Shown here: piece by piece, positions 62,948 through 64,000 of the stretch
Numbering within the stretch: the first letter of the stretch is position 1
How the letters are laid out: each line of letters opens with the position of its first letter
Source of the DNA: Phyllosticta citribraziliensis
Lineage: Eukaryota
Length of the DNA stretch: 64,000 nt
Assembly (NCBI RefSeq): GCF_038025025.1
Contig: NW_027117340.1
Location: forward strand, 1,550,001 to 1,614,000
Reading direction: 5' to 3'
Program-made: the position numbers and the translations under genes
Notes under the pieces: model-generated
What the model saw: only the letters and a program-made list of their open reading frames with translations
Databases searched by the model: none
What the model was told of the DNA's origin: nothing

Positions 62948-63633
62948 GTTTTCTTGAGCATTGACGGTAGGGACGCCAAGGAGTGGATTCGGAGATTTGT
63001 CGAGATTCCCCGGGCGTTGAGTTTTTTCATTTCCTGCACCGAGATTGTGAGTTTCGTAGAGAATCAGACGTAGAAGAAGCAATGCGATAGAATTCTCATG
63101 AGTTGAAGCGCCCGATTGCCTGACGTGACGTGCTGAAGTGCCTGGGTGCCTGAGGTCTGGTGGTCCTGGGGCGGAACGGACCCAGGATTTCGTGCATTAC
63201 CATCCAGAGTTAAAGCAAGAGAGCGGCGAAATTGGCGAGAAGGAGTTCAGCAAGGCGCGAGAGGAACTCGCCAAGAAGCTGCTGCTGAAGAGCATCTGAT
63301 GTTGATTGAGCAGCACTTGGGTTGGGAGGAGAAGTCTTCCACGTGCCTATTCGTCCCTGGTTGGAAGCGCCTGTAAGTTCTCCCTTAGTACAACTGAGGC
63401 TTGGTCGAAAAAATCGTGGCGCACACGACATTGGTAGGGAGCTCGGGAGCATTCAGGAGTCTATGAGAGTAGTGATCGGGAGCATTCAAGCCCTGTTTCG
63501 CAGAGCTTTGGGATTGTGTGCGCAACCTTTGGTTTCTTTTATTTCCGATTCCTTTACTTCCGATATGACGCTCTTTCAGATGGTTTCTGAACTCTTCTTC
63601 GCATCTTCTTGTGCTGCGAAGACGGCAATACGA

Positions 63634-63957
63634 TCAAGAAGTCCACGTCTGCCAGTCGGCTTTTTCGCGCCTTGTTTTGTTGTATGTCCTCCACATCTTG
63701 TCATCGTTGAAGTAGGTTGGCTGTTGTGGTGCATTTTGTTGAGTTGCCAGGGCCGTATACAACTTGTCGACTTCCTTGTCGTCCTCAAGTAGGGCCTGTT
63801 CCTTCTTCCTCTTCTTTTCATCTTCTTTCTCCTTCACCTCTTGCTCGTTCTTGAGCTTCTTGTGGCTCTTCTTGTGGCTCTTATCATGACCTGTTTCAAG
63901 TTGATCTTCGAGATCAGGAGTAGTTGTGCGCCTTTTCACTGCTTTTTTGGCCGCCAT
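63634..63957 (-). CDS. Lys/Glu-rich hypothetical protein or pseudogene fragment
   Basis: MAAKKAVKRR...EKEDEKKRKKEQALLEDDKEVDKLY; coding-like sequence appears to continue in another frame with stops downstream. Confidence 0.35.
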   Translation of the reverse strand: MAAKKAVKRRTTTPDLEDQLETGHDKSHKKSHKKLKNEQEVKEKEDEKKRKKEQALLEDDKEVDKLYTALATQQNAPQQPTYFNDDKMWRTYNKTRREKADWQTWTS

Positions 63958-64000
63958 GATTGTATTTTCATCGCTGGTGAGCGGCAATTACTCATAAATG

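Overview
Eukaryotic DNA from a filamentous ascomycete: GC-rich coding regions and short introns of about 45-95 bp with CTRAC/CTAAY branch sites. Gene content looks Pezizomycotina, possibly Dothideomycete; the taxon is an inference. Most of the window is housekeeping genes, which I spliced by hand and checked for frame consistency: Rax2, a LanC-like protein, OGG1, U2AF65, an NDP-glucose 4,6-dehydratase, Sec9, a TAF3-like/TAF7 head-to-head pair, NAD(P)HX dehydratase, ATP1 (6 introns), DUF962/Mpo1, RPB7, dipeptidyl aminopeptidase B, a DHA2-type MFS transporter, kexin, a PhoD-domain protein and an alpha-arrestin, plus an intron-containing tRNA-Ser(GCT). Accessory-looking pockets lie between them. 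(i) 23.3-25.8 kb holds about six diverged copies of a ~170-bp element with CAGTGGG-type terminal inverted repeats and internal 33-bp subrepeats, bracketing an orphan ORF. (ii) 42.4-45.6 kb holds pseudogene relics, the tRNA and a tandem duplication. (iii) 55-58.5 kb holds a spliced, 6-Cys small secreted effector-like gene that the ORF track truncates. Two GC-AG introns and three stop-free in-frame introns were also found. I see no convincing evidence of a wholly new multi-gene system. The best leads are the MITE-like family around the orphan gene and the secreted protein. All product calls rest on recognised motifs, not database searches.
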